A stretch of 64,000 nt of DNA from Clostridia bacterium (GCA_029061605.1 JAIDRT010000050.1:64382-128381); one strand, 5' to 3'. Shown: positions 46,788 to 58,036, counted from the first letter of the stretch. The notes: a model not told the origin generated them from the letters alone. Made by a program: numbers and translations.

Positions 46788-48110
46788 TCACTCCTCCACA
46801 AGTTCGCCGAACAGCGACGCTGACTGCGACTTATTTATCTTAACGTTGACAAATTGCCCTATCAGTTCATTTTTTCCTTCAAACGTGACTAGTCGACCGC
46901 TATCCGTTCTTCCGCAAACGTAGCCGACTTTTTTAGGAGCAACGTCCTCGCATAGCACTTCGTAGATATTGCCCTCATATTCTTTTGAAAGTTCTTTAGT
47001 TATTTTATTCTGTTCTGCAATAAGCCTTTTTATTCTATCTTTTGACACTTCAGGCGCGATTTGAGGCATTAATGCCGCCTTTGTACCTTTTCGCACGGAA
47101 TATATAAAAGTAAAAGCGCTTGAATACTTGACCTTACGCACTATGTCCAAAGTATCTTCAAAATCCTCTTCTTCTTCATACGGAAAACCCACCATAAGGT
47201 CGGTAGTAATTCCGCAATCAGGTATCTTTGCCTTTATCGCATCTATCGTATCGAGATAGTATTCTCTTGTGTAATGGCGGTTCATAAGTTTCAAGATTTT
47301 ATTTGAGCCCGACTGTATAGGTAAATGTATGTTATTACAAATATTTTTGCTGTCTGCGATAATATCAATGACGTCTCTATTGAGATCTTTTGGGTGCGAA
47401 GTCATAAATCTTACCCTATGTTTTCCTTGAATTTTTGCAATTTCTTCTAATAATTTTGCAAAATTGCTTCCGTCATTCAAGTCGTGTCCATACGAATTTA
47501 CGTTTTGTCCCAACAAAGTTATCTCTTTGTAACCTTGATCTACAAGCATTTTAAACTCGTCAAGCACGTTTTGCATCTTACGGCTTCTCTCTCTTCCTCT
47601 TACGTACGGCACAATACAGTAAGTACAAAAATTATTACAACCATACATTATATTCAACCAAGCATTGCAACCGCTAGTACGGTATTTGAGTTCCCCTTCT
47701 AATACTTCAGGACGCTCATTAGGATCTATAAGTACGCTTTTTTTGCCTGAACTCTTTAGTTTTAAGATAGCATTTTTCAACTCTGCAAGGTTATTTGTGC
47801 CAAGCACTATATCGACGTACGGATATTTTTGTCTTAAATTCAATCCTGCGCCGTCTTGTTGCGTCATACATCCTACGACAGCCAAAATCAACCCCGGCTT
47901 GGCTTTTTTTAAATGCTTTATCGCTCCGATATTTCCCAAAGCGCGTTTTTCTGCGTTATCTCTTATGCAACAGGTATTAAAAACAATTACGTCGGCTTCG
48001 TTCTCGTCGTCGCATTCGACGTACCCCATAGATTGAAGCGTACCTGCTATTTTTTCTGATTCGTGGATGTTCATTTGACACCCATATGTAATAATCTTAT
48101 ATTTTTGCAT
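46788..48110 (-). CDS. miaB: tRNA-2-methylthio-N6-dimethylallyladenosine synthase (radical SAM)
   Basis: ATG at 48110 ('MQKYKIITYGCQMN'). Radical-SAM 'GCNNFCTYCIVP' and a TRAM C-terminus. Confidence 0.95.
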   Translation of the reverse strand: MQKYKIITYGCQMNIHESEKIAGTLQSMGYVECDDENEADVIVFNTCCIRDNAEKRALGNIGAIKHLKKAKPGLILAVVGCMTQQDGAGLNLRQKYPYVDIVLGTNNLAELKNAILKLKSSGKKSVLIDPNERPEVLEGELKYRTSGCNAWLNIMYGCNNFCTYCIVPYVRGRERSRKMQNVLDEFKMLVDQGYKEITLLGQNVNSYGHDLNDGSNFAKLLEEIAKIQGKHRVRFMTSHPKDLNRDVIDIIADSKNICNNIHLPIQSGSNKILKLMNRHYTREYYLDTIDAIKAKIPDCGITTDLMVGFPYEEEEDFEDTLDIVRKVKYSSAFTFIYSVRKGTKAALMPQIAPEVSKDRIKRLIAEQNKITKELSKEYEGNIYEVLCEDVAPKKVGYVCGRTDSGRLVTFEGKNELIGQFVNVKINKSQSASLFGELVEE

Positions 48111-48159
48111 ATAACAATTATATCGAAAATTCAAAAAAAAGACAAGTGATAATATTATA

Positions 48160-50424
48160 ATGAAAAAAAATAATAAAAGCGTATCAAAAAAGTTATTCAA
48201 GTCCTTTGCAATCATAGCAGCAACATTGATGATTATATCACTGCTTGCCTTAAGCATCTTTTTTGGTATGCTATATTTTGGCGGAGATTCCCCGGATATG
48301 TCAAAACTTCAGACAAGTCAAGCAAACTTAACGATTAAAGATTGTCAAAATAATGCTATAATTGATCTAAAAAGTGAAAAATATGTCGATTATACACAAA
48401 TTCCCAAACTTTTGTCCGATGCCTTCGTTGCTGTTGAAGACAAGAGATTTTATTCGCATAACGGTATAGATTACGTGCGTATTGCAGGCGCAATGCTTAA
48501 TAATATAAAGGGAAATCGCACTCAAGGCGCCTCAACCATCACTCAACAACTTGCAAAAAACGTATACTTTTCAAGTGAACAAACCTTTTCTAGAAAATTT
48601 AAAGAAATGCAGACTGCAATAAAACTGGAAAAAATGCTCTCAAAAGAAGAAATAATGGAGTATTATCTCAATATGCTCTATTTTGGCAGCGGTGAATACG
48701 GCGTCAAAAATGCCGCGCTTCGATTTTTCGATAAGCCTCTTGACGAACTCAACGCATTAGAATGCGCTATGTTGGCAGGCATTGTAAAAAGCCCTACAAA
48801 ATATAATCCTATCAAAAATTATAGCAATTCTATAGACAGGGCTCGCATTGTATTAAAGTTAATGTATGAGCAAGAGATGATTACCGAAGATATGTATAAA
48901 AGTTATAAAAATTCGGATATTATTATTAAAAATGCGTTAATTGAGAATAATCAAGCCAAAATTTATCTTTCAAATACAAAGTACGAGGCCTGCAAAATTT
49001 TAAATATTGACGAAAATGTACTTTTATCTGGCGGCTATAGCATCACGACATTTTACGAACCGTCTACTCAACAACTCCTTTCATCTTCTATATTCAATGA
49101 TTCATACTACTCTTCCAACGCTGATAATTTAAGAGGAATTGGAATTGTATGCGATAACAATTCTCTGGGAATCAAAGCGCTGTCGTCAAGAGAAGATATA
49201 AATTTATTTGAATTTAGAAGACAAGTCGGATCAACAATCAAGCCTTTGGCTTGCTACGCGCCAGCCCTAGATCAAGGAATAATAAGTCCGCATACCAAAA
49301 TCTTAGATGAGCCAACGTCTTTTGGAAGTTACTCTCCCAGCAACTTCAAAGATAGATATTACGGTTGGACTAGCGTAAACGATTGCGTAGAAAAATCACT
49401 GAACATCCCTTCTGTCAAGATACTTCAACAGTTGAGTACAAGCACGTCGCGCAGTTATCTTGCAAAAATGAACATTATTACAGACGAGCAAGACGACAAT
49501 TTAGCATTAGCGCTTGGCGGTACTACTTACGGAATAAGTATGTTAGACCTTCTCGGCGGTTATTCTACTCTATCCAACGGCGGTTTGTACAGCGCGCCTA
49601 CGTTCATTAAAACAATCAAAGATAAAGACGGAAATATAATTTATGATTACAATAGTAGAATTTCCGTAAGAGTTTTTGACGAACAAAGCGCGTATTTGAT
49701 GACAAATATGCTTATTAACACTGCAAAAAACGGTACCGCCAAAAAATTATCTAATCAGAACTACCAAATTGCCTGCAAAACCGGCACAGTATCTATGGAA
49801 AACAAAAACTTCAACAGCGATATATATTCCGTAGGCTATACTACTCAAGACACTTTCCTATTTTGGCAAGGCGGATCCTTGCCAGCCGAACAGACCGGAG
49901 GTGGCGCAACTACGCTTATTTGCAAAAACTTCTTAGATAATTATTATATTACCTCGCCAAAAGACTTCGCTATTCCTAATGGAATTATTCAGGCAGATAT
50001 AGATAAATATGCGTACGAACATTCCAATTCACTGATTCTCGCAAGCCAAAACGCCCCTAAAAGCAGCGTGATAAATTGCCTATTCTCAGAGAAGTGTTTA
50101 CCTAAAGATGTCGACAACACATATGACAGACTTTCCGTTGATGACGTTGAGTTCTCTCAAAATTTGTCAAATGTGTCGATTAAATTCACTTTAAATCCAA
50201 AATTGTGCTATAGAATATACAAGCGCGATTTCATAAAGGGAGAGACTTTGGTTTATGATATAAAAAATAGTTTTGGTGACGCAGACTACCTCATTGACGT
50301 AGATAGATTTTTTGGCAACACGATTACCGTAGTTCCATATTATATTGACGATGATTCAAAAGAGATAATAGGCACTCCAAGCAAATACAACTCTTACTCA
50401 ATAATCTCTCGGATCCATCAATAA
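48160..50424 (+). CDS. Class A penicillin-binding protein (GT51 transglycosylase + transpeptidase)
   Basis: 'EDKRFYSHNGID', 'GASTITQQLAKN', 'RKFKEM', transpeptidase 'STIKP' and 'KTGT'. N-terminal TM anchor. Confidence 0.92.
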   Translation: MKKNNKSVSKKLFKSFAIIAATLMIISLLALSIFFGMLYFGGDSPDMSKLQTSQANLTIKDCQNNAIIDLKSEKYVDYTQIPKLLSDAFVAVEDKRFYSHNGIDYVRIAGAMLNNIKGNRTQGASTITQQLAKNVYFSSEQTFSRKFKEMQTAIKLEKMLSKEEIMEYYLNMLYFGSGEYGVKNAALRFFDKPLDELNALECAMLAGIVKSPTKYNPIKNYSNSIDRARIVLKLMYEQEMITEDMYKSYKNSDIIIKNALIENNQAKIYLSNTKYEACKILNIDENVLLSGGYSITTFYEPSTQQLLSSSIFNDSYYSSNADNLRGIGIVCDNNSLGIKALSSREDINLFEFRRQVGSTIKPLACYAPALDQGIISPHTKILDEPTSFGSYSPSNFKDRYYGWTSVNDCVEKSLNIPSVKILQQLSTSTSRSYLAKMNIITDEQDDNLALALGGTTYGISMLDLLGGYSTLSNGGLYSAPTFIKTIKDKDGNIIYDYNSRISVRVFDEQSAYLMTNMLINTAKNGTAKKLSNQNYQIACKTGTVSMENKNFNSDIYSVGYTTQDTFLFWQGGSLPAEQTGGGATTLICKNFLDNYYITSPKDFAIPNGIIQADIDKYAYEHSNSLILASQNAPKSSVINCLFSEKCLPKDVDNTYDRLSVDDVEFSQNLSNVSIKFTLNPKLCYRIYKRDFIKGETLVYDIKNSFGDADYLIDVDRFFGNTITVVPYYIDDDSKEIIGTPSKYNSYSIISRIHQ

Positions 50425-50428
50425 AATA

Positions 50429-50448
50429 TACGGCGCTTTGACGCCGTA
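50429..50448. terminator. Hairpin between convergent PBP and thiI genes
   Basis: Stem tacggcg/cgccgta. The T-run is weak and present only on the - strand. Confidence 0.4.
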
Positions 50449-50455
50449 CATAATT

Positions 50456-51631
50456 CTAATATTCTGCTTTTATCTCCATTTCTTCTACTGTTTTAATTGC
50501 CTCTTCTATCATCTTGTCCAAGTCTTTAATTTTAGACTGTTCTTTTATTGCAATTTGCAAATCTGGTTTTATTACCGGATTTTTAGGTAAAAATACCGTA
50601 CAACAATCTTCATACGGAAGTTGTGAAATAGCGTAAGTATCAATCTTTTCAGCCGTATCCATTATTTCATATTTATCCATACCAATAAGCGGTCTGAATA
50701 TCGGCAAAGTCTTTACTGCGTCATTGGTTACGGTAATGCTCTTTGTCGTCTGGCTAGCCACTTGAGCAAGGCTCTCTCCAGTAATCAATGCCCCGCATTT
50801 ATTGTCTATAGCCAATTTTTCTGCAATTTCTACCATAATTCTGCGCATTATTGTAATCATATAATCTTCACGACAGTATTCGTGTATTGCCTGCTGTATT
50901 TCAGTAAACTTGACTACAAACAACTTGATATCTCCGCAGTATTTAGTCAATTTTCCTGCCAAGTCCACTACTTTTTGCTGAGCCATTTCACTTGTATGCG
51001 GATAACTGTGATAGTGAACTCCAAAAATTTGCATACCCCTTCTTGCCATTCTATATCCCGCTACAGGCGAATCAAATCCACCGCTGAGAAGCAACATTCC
51101 TCTACCGGCCGTACCCACGGGCATTCCCTGCGCGCAGTCAATTTTATCGGAAAATATATAAGAATACCCATTTTCTCGTATGTCAACGCATATCTCGCTT
51201 TGAGGATAGTAGAGGTCAACTGCGATTTGAGAATTCTTTGACAGTAAATAACCGCCTAGCATTGCAGATATTTGCATACTGTTTTTATCCAAACTCTTGT
51301 CCGCTCTCTTTGTCGTGACCCTAAAAGTTCCGCTTTGAGGAATAAATTGCAACACCGCTTCTTTGAGATTGTCATAACTCGTTTGCACTTTAAGCGCTAC
51401 AGAAAGAGAATGAAGCCCAAAGACTTTGGTCACTCTGTCTATAATGATCTGTTGCATATCTTCGTCATAATCTTCAATATAATATCTATTCTGAGTGCGA
51501 ATAAATTTATAATCGACACCAATCAAAGATTTTTTAATATTATCTATCAACCTATTTTCAAATAAATTTCTATTTTTACCTTTTAAGAACAACTCGCCGT
51601 ATCTCAAAAGTATTACTTTTTTGCTTTCCAT
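50456..51631 (-). CDS. thiI: tRNA 4-thiouridine(8) synthase ThiI
   Basis: ATG at 51631. Ferredoxin-like/THUMP N-terminus 'LLRYGELFLKGKNR' and PP-loop 'LLSGGFDSPVA'. Confidence 0.94.
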   Translation of the reverse strand: MESKKVILLRYGELFLKGKNRNLFENRLIDNIKKSLIGVDYKFIRTQNRYYIEDYDEDMQQIIIDRVTKVFGLHSLSVALKVQTSYDNLKEAVLQFIPQSGTFRVTTKRADKSLDKNSMQISAMLGGYLLSKNSQIAVDLYYPQSEICVDIRENGYSYIFSDKIDCAQGMPVGTAGRGMLLLSGGFDSPVAGYRMARRGMQIFGVHYHSYPHTSEMAQQKVVDLAGKLTKYCGDIKLFVVKFTEIQQAIHEYCREDYMITIMRRIMVEIAEKLAIDNKCGALITGESLAQVASQTTKSITVTNDAVKTLPIFRPLIGMDKYEIMDTAEKIDTYAISQLPYEDCCTVFLPKNPVIKPDLQIAIKEQSKIKDLDKMIEEAIKTVEEMEIKAEY

Positions 51632-51633
51632 AC

Positions 51634-52815
51634 TCACCTCAATTTTAATCTCGTCAATATACAATCGTCTTTTGACGACGACTTTTGATATTTTATCAAC
51701 TCCTGCAAACTTTCACCAAGAGCCTTAACTAAAGAGTCCACGTCTGCTTTTGTGTTGCTTTCATTAAAACTCACTCTCAACATTCCTTGCGCATAATCGT
51801 CTGGCACGCCTAAAGCCAGCGGAATTCTCTTTGTTGACTTTTGCGAATTGCAAGCAGAGCCTGTCCCAACAATAACGCCTTTATCTTCCAGGCAATGCAC
51901 CATAACTTCCCCCCTTGCACTATTCAGAGCAAAAGAAAATACGTATGGCGAAGAATTTTCACAATCTGTGTTGATTTTGATATTCTCAAAGTAATTTTCC
52001 AATTGACTTTTAAGATAACTTCTCAATTCGCTTATCTTGCTGTAATTATCTTTGATTTTGTCAAAATTCTTTTCCACAACATCGGAAAAAGCCATTATTG
52101 CCGGCACGTTTTCAGTAGCCGAACGCACTCCGTTCTCCTGTCCGCCGCCGTAAACAAACGTCTTCAAATAAAGTCCGCTTCTGCAATAAAGCGCACCAAT
52201 CCCCTTTGGAGCGTGAACTTTATGACCGCTTATCGCATACAAATCAACACCCAAAGCCTTAACGTCCACAACAATTTTTCCGTATGCTTGAACTCCGTCA
52301 GAATGGAAGATAGCCCTAGGAGATTTTGACTTTATCAACTTTGATATTTTCGCCAAGTCGTTTAGCGCTCCAGTCTCGTTACAAACGTGCATAATAGACA
52401 CCAGCGCGACTTTTTCATCAAGCATAGCCTCTAATTTAGTCATATCGGTACGCCCAAATTTATCACAAGGCACAAATTCAACATCATAGCCTCTGACTTT
52501 TAATTCCAACGCGCAATTATACACTGCGCTATGCTCACTTGAGCCTACCAATATCTTTCCGCTCTTGGCTCTCAACGAACACAAAAGCGCAATATTATCC
52601 GCTTCGCTCCCTGATGCGGTAAATATAATCTCTTCGCTTTTTGCCCCCAACGATTTTGCAATGACGCCTCTTGCGCGCTTAATTGACTTACCGCTCTCCA
52701 TTGCCTTGCGATAAAGCGCAGAAGGGTTAAAAAAATCTTGGCTATTATATTTCTTAAGCGCGTCCCAGCACACGTCGTCTAATCTTGTCGTAGCAGCATT
52801 GTCAAGATAAATCAC
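51634..52815 (-). CDS. Cysteine desulfurase (NifS/NifZ/IscS family), thiI partner
   Basis: PLP lysine 'SGHKVHAPKGIGAL', active-site 'GSACNS' and 'HSDGVQAYG'. Adjacent to thiI. Confidence 0.92.
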   Translation of the reverse strand: MIYLDNAATTRLDDVCWDALKKYNSQDFFNPSALYRKAMESGKSIKRARGVIAKSLGAKSEEIIFTASGSEADNIALLCSLRAKSGKILVGSSEHSAVYNCALELKVRGYDVEFVPCDKFGRTDMTKLEAMLDEKVALVSIMHVCNETGALNDLAKISKLIKSKSPRAIFHSDGVQAYGKIVVDVKALGVDLYAISGHKVHAPKGIGALYCRSGLYLKTFVYGGGQENGVRSATENVPAIMAFSDVVEKNFDKIKDNYSKISELRSYLKSQLENYFENIKINTDCENSSPYVFSFALNSARGEVMVHCLEDKGVIVGTGSACNSQKSTKRIPLALGVPDDYAQGMLRVSFNESNTKADVDSLVKALGESLQELIKYQKSSSKDDCILTRLKLR

Positions 52816-53278
52816 GGCTCACCTCAATTAACGAAAATAAGTAATCGTCTAAATATATCAAATATTTGCTTTCAGATAATTCTATCATATACGAGCAATT
52901 TTCGCAACTTTTAGGACACAACCTGACGTATTTTATATTCTCTTTTGAATTTTTCTCGTATTTTTTTACTTTTAACTGAGACGCTTGACCTGCATACAAA
53001 TTTATTTCTTTTATCGGATACTTTTTAACTATAGATATACTACCGTTTTGAAAACTAATACTTATTTCAAATGTAAAAAATAAACTAAGTATTCTTATTA
53101 TAATGACGACTGCAAATATGGCGCAATATATAATCAAATCTATGTAATTCTTTGTGGAAAAACACGCGATCACACCTGCCAATACTATCAAATCCAACAG
53201 AATACATACTGCCAAACAGATAACTTTAGCAGGCTTTTTGTCGTCATTATTATATTTTAAAGTATAACTTGTTTGCAT
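52802..53278 (-). CDS. Hypothetical small membrane protein (2 TM helices + soluble C-terminus)
   Basis: 158 aa. It overlaps the cysteine desulfurase start by 14 nt and lies 6 nt after the mutS2 stop. No recognisable motif. Confidence 0.5.
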   Translation of the reverse strand: MQTSYTLKYNNDDKKPAKVICLAVCILLDLIVLAGVIACFSTKNYIDLIIYCAIFAVVIIIRILSLFFTFEISISFQNGSISIVKKYPIKEINLYAGQASQLKVKKYEKNSKENIKYVRLCPKSCENCSYMIELSESKYLIYLDDYLFSLIEVSRDLS

Positions 53279-53284
53279 TAAAAT

Positions 53285-55645
53285 TTATTTTAAAGTAACT
53301 ATAGTTACTCCGCTTTCTCCTTCGCCATACTTTCCAATCCTAAATGACTCTACCGCAGGTGACGTCTTGAGATAATCTTGCACTGCTTTTCGCAAAATTC
53401 CAGTTCCTTTTCCGTGCACAACTCTAATTTCAGAGCAATTATGCAAAATTGCTTCGCTTATATAATTATCCAAATTATACAACGCCTCATCCACTCGTTG
53501 TCCTATCAAATTTATCTCAAAACTGAATGCCTTATTGGAAAATTCTTTGCTTACAGTTATCCTAACTTTGTCTTTTTTCTCCTCTGCAACAATTTTTTGA
53601 CAATCTGATAGTTTTATCGTAGTCGTTAATATACCAACTTTAACTTGACATTCTTTTTTCTTTTGGTTAATGCTTACTACTTCGCCTTGATTATTGAGAC
53701 TGGTAATAAATACTCTGTCTCCCACCTCGACATCACCGTCCGCAATCGTATATTCTCTCTTAGGTTTTTGCTCTTCGACTTTAATATCTGCAAGTTTTTT
53801 CCTCAATCTTCTTGCCTCAAATAGCGCCTGTTCATCCCCCTGTTTTACCAACTCTTTAATTTCTTCCAACAATTCGTCAGCCTCTTCAAGGTAATCCGAA
53901 AGCAAATCTTTGGCGCCTTTCTTCATCTTTTCTTCAAGTTTTTGCTTTTGAACATTCAATTCTTCAAGAGCATTTTTTGCTGTCTGTGCTGATTTTTCTG
54001 ATATTAAGTAGTTTTCTTTGGCTTTTTCTTCATATTCTTGCGCAAGCCGTCTTGACCTTTCCGCACCTTTGATAATATTGTCAAAAGCAATCTTCTCTTT
54101 GCTTAGTCTTCCTCTGGCATTCTCAACGATTTGCTTTTTAAGTCCCAAAGAAGTAGCAATCTCCAAAGCGTTTGACGAACTGCTTTGCCCCATAATCAAC
54201 TTGTAAGTAGGAGCAAAAGTAATTGGATCAAAATCCATACCTGCGCTGGCTATACCGTCAGTTACCAGAGAATATTCTTTCAAATCGCTATAGTGAGTGC
54301 TAGTTATGGTTTTGCAACCCTTATTCTTAAAAAATTCTATTAGACTAATGGCTAATGCGCTTCCTTCAGCAGGATCAGTTCCGCCGCCTAACTCATCAAG
54401 CAACAAAAGACAGTTGGGCGTGACGTGATTGCAAATATAAATCAAATTTGTCATATGAGAAGAAAAGGTAGACAAACTTTGCTCTATATTCTGTTCGTCG
54501 CCTATATCGCAAAATACGTTTTCAAAAACAGCAAGTTTACTATCCTCTGCACAAGGAGGAAATATTCCCGAAGACGCCATAAGAGAAAGAATTCCCACAA
54601 GTTTCAAAGACACGGTTTTGCCTCCGGTATTTGGTCCGGTAATAAGCAAAGTATTATAATCTCTTCCCAAGTTAATCGACACCGGCACGACTTTTTGCTT
54701 GTCAATCAATGGATGTCTGCCCTCGATAATTTCTACTACGCCATTGTCATTCAACTCAACTTTGTTGCCCTTTATCTCTTGAGAATACCTTGCCTTTGCA
54801 AATATGCTGTCAAGATACGCTACGTTCTGATAACTTGATTTTAAACTGTCGCACGCGTAAGTAATTTTTTGAGAAAAATACTGCAAAATGCGCCCGATTT
54901 CGTTATTTTCTTCAGCGCACAGCCCCCTGAGTTCGTTGTTCATTTCAACTATAGCCATTGGCTCAATATATATCGTCGCGCCTGATGCAGACTGGTCGTG
55001 AACAAGTCCTTTGACTTGCCGAGCATATTCGCTCTTGACAGGTATTACGTACCTATTATTACGCATAGTAACTAAAGAATCTTGCAAAAAGTTGCTAAAA
55101 TCAGACGAAGTCACATAAGAATTAAGTTTTTGTCTAATTTTATCGTTGCAAGCCTTAATACTCTGTCTTATAGATTTAAGAGCAGGCGAAGCATTATCGC
55201 TTACTTCATTGTCTCCCAATATACTCTCATATATGCTATTTTCCAATTCACTGTCAACGTATAAATAATTAAGTAACGCTTTTATATCCTCAATATTTTG
55301 CGAATTTATTCTATAGATTGAGTTATATACGAGCCTGGAAGTACGAAGTAGCCTACCAACTCTTACTATATCAGCGCAAGAAAGAGTCATAAATTTACTA
55401 GCATTATCTAAAATATCTTCCATTTCGTCCATTGAAAACGTGGGGGCAACTAAATGCTCGTATAAAATTTCATATGCTTGCGCTGTCAAATTTGCCAAAT
55501 GTTGCGCTTGACATAATTCAATAGACGGCTTTATGGACAAAACGGTATTTTTTGCATATAAAGACGAAGTATGGTTAGCGACTTGCGTCAATATCTTGTC
55601 ATACTCTAAAATCTTCAAAGTTTTTCTATTTATAAATTTTGCCAT
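53285..55645 (-). CDS. mutS2: Endonuclease MutS2 (MutS-II ATPase + Smr domain)
   Basis: Walker A 'GPNTGGKTVSLK', 'DELGGGTDP', a coiled-coil region, and the C-terminal Smr 'IRVVHGKGTGILR'. Confidence 0.96.
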   Translation of the reverse strand: MAKFINRKTLKILEYDKILTQVANHTSSLYAKNTVLSIKPSIELCQAQHLANLTAQAYEILYEHLVAPTFSMDEMEDILDNASKFMTLSCADIVRVGRLLRTSRLVYNSIYRINSQNIEDIKALLNYLYVDSELENSIYESILGDNEVSDNASPALKSIRQSIKACNDKIRQKLNSYVTSSDFSNFLQDSLVTMRNNRYVIPVKSEYARQVKGLVHDQSASGATIYIEPMAIVEMNNELRGLCAEENNEIGRILQYFSQKITYACDSLKSSYQNVAYLDSIFAKARYSQEIKGNKVELNDNGVVEIIEGRHPLIDKQKVVPVSINLGRDYNTLLITGPNTGGKTVSLKLVGILSLMASSGIFPPCAEDSKLAVFENVFCDIGDEQNIEQSLSTFSSHMTNLIYICNHVTPNCLLLLDELGGGTDPAEGSALAISLIEFFKNKGCKTITSTHYSDLKEYSLVTDGIASAGMDFDPITFAPTYKLIMGQSSSSNALEIATSLGLKKQIVENARGRLSKEKIAFDNIIKGAERSRRLAQEYEEKAKENYLISEKSAQTAKNALEELNVQKQKLEEKMKKGAKDLLSDYLEEADELLEEIKELVKQGDEQALFEARRLRKKLADIKVEEQKPKREYTIADGDVEVGDRVFITSLNNQGEVVSINQKKKECQVKVGILTTTIKLSDCQKIVAEEKKDKVRITVSKEFSNKAFSFEINLIGQRVDEALYNLDNYISEAILHNCSEIRVVHGKGTGILRKAVQDYLKTSPAVESFRIGKYGEGESGVTIVTLK

Positions 55646-55649
55646 ATTA

Positions 55650-57932
55650 CTATTTTACCCCTCTAAATAGGTGTCCATACGTTGAATTATCGACACTATT
55701 GCCACATTTTCTACAAAAATTATCTATTATTATTCCCATATCTCCTCTAGAGAGATCCCGCAAATTTAGATAATAATTGCCTTTTACAAGTGAAATTTTG
55801 TTTCTAATATCCACGACTTGTTGGTTATATAAGACAAATTGGCAATGATTGACCTTAAATCTTTCGATCTTATATTCTCCTCTCTTGTCAAAATAACTAA
55901 ATTCTCCGCCATACTTACAATTACTGCATTCGCATCCAGTATTGATTTGAACCGGACAATGAACCATTGTCATAATAGGCAACTTTCCGTAAGCGTAAAT
56001 CATACCGCCTAGCACTTCTTTATTTGTCAACTCAACTGAATTGATATAATAGTCCAGTCCTATCCAATCTGAATAGTTTGAATTATAAATATTCAATCCA
56101 ATCCCGCCGATAAGCGCCTTGTCATATTTTTTTGCAAGATATACTCCATAAAGATTATCCGCCAATATTCCGTCAAACTTATCAAGGTTTTTTGATAGCC
56201 ATTCGTCGATTATCTTAAAATCTTTACCTCTGGCAATTCTCGGCAATTTGAGATAAACATCTTCTATAGTTTTCTCAATTAAGTTGAGTTTTGTAAATAT
56301 ACAATTGATATTAGACATATAATCAGTAATATTTATTACTAGATTGATTTTTTGCTCAACTTCTTTAAGAATATCTAACGAACATTCATTCCCATTGATT
56401 TCTACAAATAATTGCTCTTTCTTTACCGCATTTTCTTTGGCATAATAACGTTGCAATGCACCAGAATAGTCTACCCGCTGCTTATGATTAGTATAATCTT
56501 TTAAAATTTCTTTAACCAACTTCTCTATCACACTTCTGCGCAGATTATTGAGAACAGATGCAGGAATAAAGAGATCACTATCAATATCAACGTCAAGTTG
56601 AGCGTTAAACACGCTATCCCCCAATCTCAACAACTGCTTTGCTACACTGTCATAACTTGCGCATTGAGAAATGCTCTTTTGCGGCAATTCTCCCTCACTC
56701 ACAACTTGTATATCTTTATATTTTGCCGTCAATGATATATTCTTGCCCTGTTTTGCTACAAATAGCATTTTTATGGACAATTTAGGAGTAAGGTCTTTAA
56801 ATTTATCTGATTGATTCGTATCCAAAGTGAGATGCACTCTACTACCAACAGGATAATCTCCAAAATTTTTTACTATATAATTCTTGCCTACTTTCTCAAT
56901 ATTGTTAATCGCAAGCCCTCCGACTTCTTCTCCATTGTAAATAATCTTTACTCCGTCACCATTATTCAACGTCCTATTCAATTGAAGCGTTGCGTTACCC
57001 TTGTAAATCGATAATATCTTGCCCACTTCCAGTCCGATATTACCGTTAAGTTTGTCATATATAATATCTTTTGAGCCTTGATAATTATATCCTTGCGTAA
57101 AGTTGCCTCTATTATATGCCGTTTTTATAGCATCATAATCTATTTTTACATTACCACTATTTAAAAAATTGTCTACCGCTTTGCGATATTGAGATACCAC
57201 CTCTCCTACGTAATGCGGTTGTTTAAGTCTCCCCTCTATCTTTAGACTGTCTACACCGAGTTTTGAAAGTTCCTCAACCTTATCTATCAAACATTGATCC
57301 TTTGGTGACAAAAGATAACTCTCTTTAGATGAAAAACTTGAAGAATACTTCAATCTGCAAGGTTGATTGCAACGTCCGCGATTACCGCTATCGCCGCTCA
57401 TCATACTTGACATAAGACAAGCGCCTGAAAAACACACGCACAATGCTCCGTGGACAAAATGCTCTATTTCAAGTGCCGTATTTTTTCTAATTTCTATTAT
57501 ATCAGAGTTCAAAGTTTCTCTGGCAAGCACAACTCGCGTAAATCCCAAGTCTTCAAGTACTTTAGCACCCGCCAGATTGTGCACTCCAATTTGAGTGCTT
57601 CCGTGCAAAGGAATATCGTATTTTTTAAGTATATCTAGACAGCCTAGATCTGTTACGATAAAGGCATCTACCCCTGCTTTTGCCGCTACATCAACATATT
57701 TGGCAAATATTTTTCTTTCAGACTGCTTAACGTTGGTATTAAAAGTCAAATAGACCTTGACGCCAAATAAATGACAATAGTCCACCCAATAAGCAATATT
57801 ATCTTTATTAAAGTTGTCGGCTTTAATTCTTGCATTAAATAAGTCAAGCCCCAAATACACAGCGTCTGCGCCTGCGTAAATTGCGGCTTTCAAGGCTTGA
57901 ATATTGCCAATCGGAGCCAATACTTCCAACAT
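55650..57932 (-). CDS. U32 family protein (fused YrrN/YrrO-type; 'collagenase-like peptidase' / RNA hydroxylase family)
   Basis: The U32 signature 'EHFVHGALCVCFSGACLMSS' and an N-terminal TIM-like 'LEVLAPIGN...AGADAVYLG'. Confidence 0.9.
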   Translation of the reverse strand: MLEVLAPIGNIQALKAAIYAGADAVYLGLDLFNARIKADNFNKDNIAYWVDYCHLFGVKVYLTFNTNVKQSERKIFAKYVDVAAKAGVDAFIVTDLGCLDILKKYDIPLHGSTQIGVHNLAGAKVLEDLGFTRVVLARETLNSDIIEIRKNTALEIEHFVHGALCVCFSGACLMSSMMSGDSGNRGRCNQPCRLKYSSSFSSKESYLLSPKDQCLIDKVEELSKLGVDSLKIEGRLKQPHYVGEVVSQYRKAVDNFLNSGNVKIDYDAIKTAYNRGNFTQGYNYQGSKDIIYDKLNGNIGLEVGKILSIYKGNATLQLNRTLNNGDGVKIIYNGEEVGGLAINNIEKVGKNYIVKNFGDYPVGSRVHLTLDTNQSDKFKDLTPKLSIKMLFVAKQGKNISLTAKYKDIQVVSEGELPQKSISQCASYDSVAKQLLRLGDSVFNAQLDVDIDSDLFIPASVLNNLRRSVIEKLVKEILKDYTNHKQRVDYSGALQRYYAKENAVKKEQLFVEINGNECSLDILKEVEQKINLVINITDYMSNINCIFTKLNLIEKTIEDVYLKLPRIARGKDFKIIDEWLSKNLDKFDGILADNLYGVYLAKKYDKALIGGIGLNIYNSNYSDWIGLDYYINSVELTNKEVLGGMIYAYGKLPIMTMVHCPVQINTGCECSNCKYGGEFSYFDKRGEYKIERFKVNHCQFVLYNQQVVDIRNKISLVKGNYYLNLRDLSRGDMGIIIDNFCRKCGNSVDNSTYGHLFRGVK

Positions 57933-57988
57933 ATTTTCAGTATACCATAAACTTTTGAGATTATATAGCGTTTTTATGCGATTACCAT

Positions 57989-58018
57989 AAAAAATACGCC
58001 CCTTAATCTTGAGGCGTA
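57989..58018 (-). terminator. Rho-independent terminator after pheT
   Basis: On the - strand the stem is tacgcctc/ggggcgta (one G-U pair), followed by TTTTTT. Confidence 0.7.
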
Positions 58019-58036
58019 CTTTGTTTGCTTCTACAC

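Noticed and set aside
48111-48257. A 49-codon hydrophobic N-terminal extension of miaB.
   Set aside because: The conserved MiaB N-terminus (MQKYKIITYGCQMN) starts at 48110. The extension runs through the divergent promoter region shared with the PBP gene.
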